Below are positions 48,876 through 51,699 of a stretch of 51,699 nt of DNA, piece by piece. The number at the start of each line of letters is the position of its first letter. Positions within the stretch are counted from its first letter, which is position 1. Source of the stretch: Octopus bimaculoides (Eukaryota); contig NC_068998.1 in the NCBI RefSeq assembly GCF_001194135.2, positions 14,645,492-14,697,190 on the forward strand. The letters are read 5' to 3'. The translations under genes were made by a program, and so were the position numbers. Below the pieces are notes generated by a model. That model ran no database searches, was not told where the DNA came from, and was given only the letters and a program-made list of their open reading frames with translations.

Positions 48876-49096
48876 CCTGGCGCGATTATTCATGATAGAG
48901 GTATCTCTTTTCTTATTTCCAGATGGCTTCCAGTTCTTCATGTCAGCTAAATTTTCTGAACTAAACATTAATGCTTAAGATCTCCAACGCCGTTGAATGT
49001 TCCCCAATACATCAAGTTGATCCTGAAAATAAGAAGATATAACAAATCGTCAAATTTAGCGAGAACACGCTGTACATATAAATATTACATATATAT

Positions 49097-49136
<40 letters not shown>

Positions 49137-49572
49137 NNNNNNNNNNNNNNNNNNNNNNNNNNNNNNNNNNNNNNNNNNNNNNNNNNNNNNNNNNNNNNNN
49201 NNNNNNNNNNNNNNNNNNNNNNNNNNNNNNNNNNNNNNNNNNNNNNNNNNNNNNNNNNNNNNNNNNNNNNNNNNNNNNNNNNNNNNNNNNNNNNNNNNNN
49301 NNNNNNNNNNNNNNNNNNNNNNNNNNNNNNNNNNNNNNNNNNNNNNNNNNNNNNNNNNNNNNNNNNNNNNNNNNNNNNNNNNNNNNNNNNNNNNNNNNNN
49401 NNNNNNNNNNNNNNNNNNNNNNNNNNNNNNNNNNNNNNNNNNNNNNNNNNNNNNNNNNNNNNNNNNNNNNNNNNNNNNNNNNNNNNNNNNNNNNNNNNNN
49501 NNNNNNNNNNNNNNNNNNNNNNNNNNNNNNNNNNNNNNNNNNNNNNNNNNNNNNNNNNNNNNNNNNNNNNNN

Positions 49573-49607
<35 letters not shown>

Positions 49608-49664
49608 AGTAATTAGGAATAATAGGTAAAAAAGAAAGGCAAAGTTACTTTCTCGAAACATACC

Positions 49665-49872
49665 AATGTTCCCGGTTTCATGGCGTATATATTCTCCACT
49701 TGGACTGGACGCCGGTCCATCGCAAGAACACTCATTTTTTCCAGATTATTGGACTGGAGTTGCATGTACTGAAGTGTTTTGCTCAATAACACAATTAACC
49801 CGGCCCAAAAATCGAAGCCGCAATCTTACAATCATTAGTCGAACATTGAAACCACTAAGCGACCTCCATGCC
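49665..49872 (-). mobile_element. SINE family C
   Basis: Collinear with 19880-20110 (cccggtttcatggcgtatatattctccac..ggac..gacgccggtccatcgc...ggactggag...aaccactaagc). Confidence 0.8.
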
Positions 49873-50499
49873 AAACAAGTAATAAATCCACTGGAAGAAC
49901 TTGCATGCATACATCCAATCGGCTTAACGATTTTTATGTACAGCGTATATTTACAATGAAAAGTGATAAGGCATACATTTTACAGACAGATCGTAATTTA
50001 ATTACTTTCAACAGCTGTTTCGTTAGAAACAAGCGCAATTAATTCGATAATTACTTAAGATACACAGTAATGAAAATCAAATAAAATTATTGTAAATTGA
50101 ATGAATAAGTCTATTTAAACCCAGAAGAGTTTGCGGTTAGCATGGCCGGTAGTATCCCTGATGATCTGGGATAAGCATTGCTTCAAATATATTTAAGTTA
50201 TATTAATAGATTTTAAATTAATTTTCGTTAATCATGAATATTAATTACATTATTATAGAATTAATTATAGTTATTCCTAATAAAACACTTGTGGGGAGTA
50301 ATTTGATTATGGTCTGAAAATTATGCTTTCTTTTCCTTTTATACTAAATAGATTGCGACAGGCATTTCTGGACACTTAATTATCGGTACAATACTCTCTT
50401 CAAATTAGTTTTAAAAGTATTCATTTCTTTCGGATCACCATAGCAAATTAAATGTTAACATAGGAAATTAAATTACATACACCGTTGTAAACATATGTG

Positions 50500-51340
50500 C
50501 GGAACATAATGACTTAGAAATTGCCAACTTTCTAAATCTTGCAAGATCATTTGTACACAAAGACAGCAAGGAATTGGAAGCAGTTGTCGCAAATGTTCTG
50601 CTTCTATGAAAGGAAACAAAAGCATACTCTAAACATTCGGGCACTATTAGAACATCGGAGTTTAAAATTCATCGATGATGATCCCGGAAAATGAACGAGA
50701 GCTATCATCCCAAACTTTCAGCTCTCGGGATGGAACATCAGGAATGTAGTGCACGAGCACATACATGTTCTATGTATAGGAGAGAAAGAGCAACTCACGC
50801 TTGCAAACATACAAAAAACAGCTTGATCCCTGCAATGGTGTTGCTTAAAAAAAATTAAGCACCTCAAGAACATGGTATGCTTCATTGGTGAAAAAATCGA
50901 AGACCAAGATCATGAAGAATAACAGCTCATGTGAAGATCCTCCTGATGTCCCCACAGTAATGCAGTTTCCTGCAACTGGGTTTGTCTTTGCAGTGGCGAA
51001 TAGTGAAAGCCATGTCATGCTATCTCACATCTTTGCACAGGGCCTTAGCGTTAAGAACCAAGATACAGTTGTTAAGTTCTGGATATTTGAAGTACACAGT
51101 GGAAGGACATACGTGATTCGACAAAACTAAGCATATTCTCACAAGACAACGTAACCCAAAAATAAATGTCAGACAATTCTTACTATCACGTAACTCCAAA
51201 CATGTGGGTTCTCAACTAGCCAGATTTAAATCCCATGAACTACACCATTTAATGAAAGAGAGGCTGATCAACATCCTCACAATAGAATAGCATCCTGAAG
51301 GCAGCCTTTGTCCGAAATACATGGATATCATTGACCGGAA
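50500..51340 (+). pseudogene. Tc1/mariner transposase remnant, maT/rosa-like
   Basis: IDDDPGK*TRAI...IRNVVHEHI; MVCFIGEK (FSDEK-like); EDPPDVPTVMQFPATGFVFAVANSESHVMLSHIFAQGL..TVVKFWI...GRTYVIRQN (QQD-like); VTPNMWVLN*PDLNPMNY (WPxxSPDLNPxDY). Multiple stops and frameshifts; no TIRs identified. Confidence 0.82.
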
Positions 51341-51634
51341 TATATAGAGATCATAGATTGCAGGGGTGTAACAGATTGAGGCCGCGTATTACAGGATTCA
51401 TCGAAATTGAAAGCGGATTCATAGAATAATCTTATAATAAAGATCATCGAGATTATAGGTACAAATCTTTACTTGAATATATTGGGTTTTTGTTAGATTA
51501 GAGTTGTATTAAATTAGCAAATAAATTCTCAAATAACTCTCAAACCAACTGTGTGTGTGGGTGTAAGTGTTTGTGTATGTGTGTGTGTGTGCCTGCGTGT
51601 ATGTATTGATATCTACATGCATATATATATATAA

Positions 51635-51694
<60 letters not shown>

Positions 51695-51699
51695 ATATA

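Overview
AT-rich, repeat-saturated eukaryotic DNA from a short-read scaffold with ten N-gaps (about 3.8 kb), nearly all bordered by (TA)n/(TG)n. The SINE families and microsatellite load suggest a coleoid cephalopod, probably Octopus; this is an inference and no database search was run. No intact host gene, rRNA, tRNA or CRISPR array is supported, so the window looks intergenic or deep intronic, with one weak candidate exon. It holds about 20 copies or fragments of four tRNA-headed SINE families, two mariner MITEs, three Tc1/mariner transposase remnants, a possible hAT remnant, two R4/Dong-clade LINE fragments next to (TAA)n, Penelope RT, GIY-YIG and pseudo-LTR pieces, and an L1/Tx1-like ORF1 pseudogene. 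The most notable observations: (1) a minimal type I hammerhead-like fold with a shared non-canonical core (A6U) in two Penelope pseudo-LTRs; (2) an apparently ORF1-only LINE carrying a near-perfect 217-bp inverted duplication with a templated junction; (3) a roughly 4-kb, highly diverged 30-bp tandem array that is heavily SINE-invaded; (4) a (TAA)n-targeting Dong-like system with a possible non-coding passenger element; (5) a strong CTCF-like motif overlapping a CCAAT box in unique sequence. All alignments were made by eye, and boundaries marked approximate may be off by 10-30 bp.
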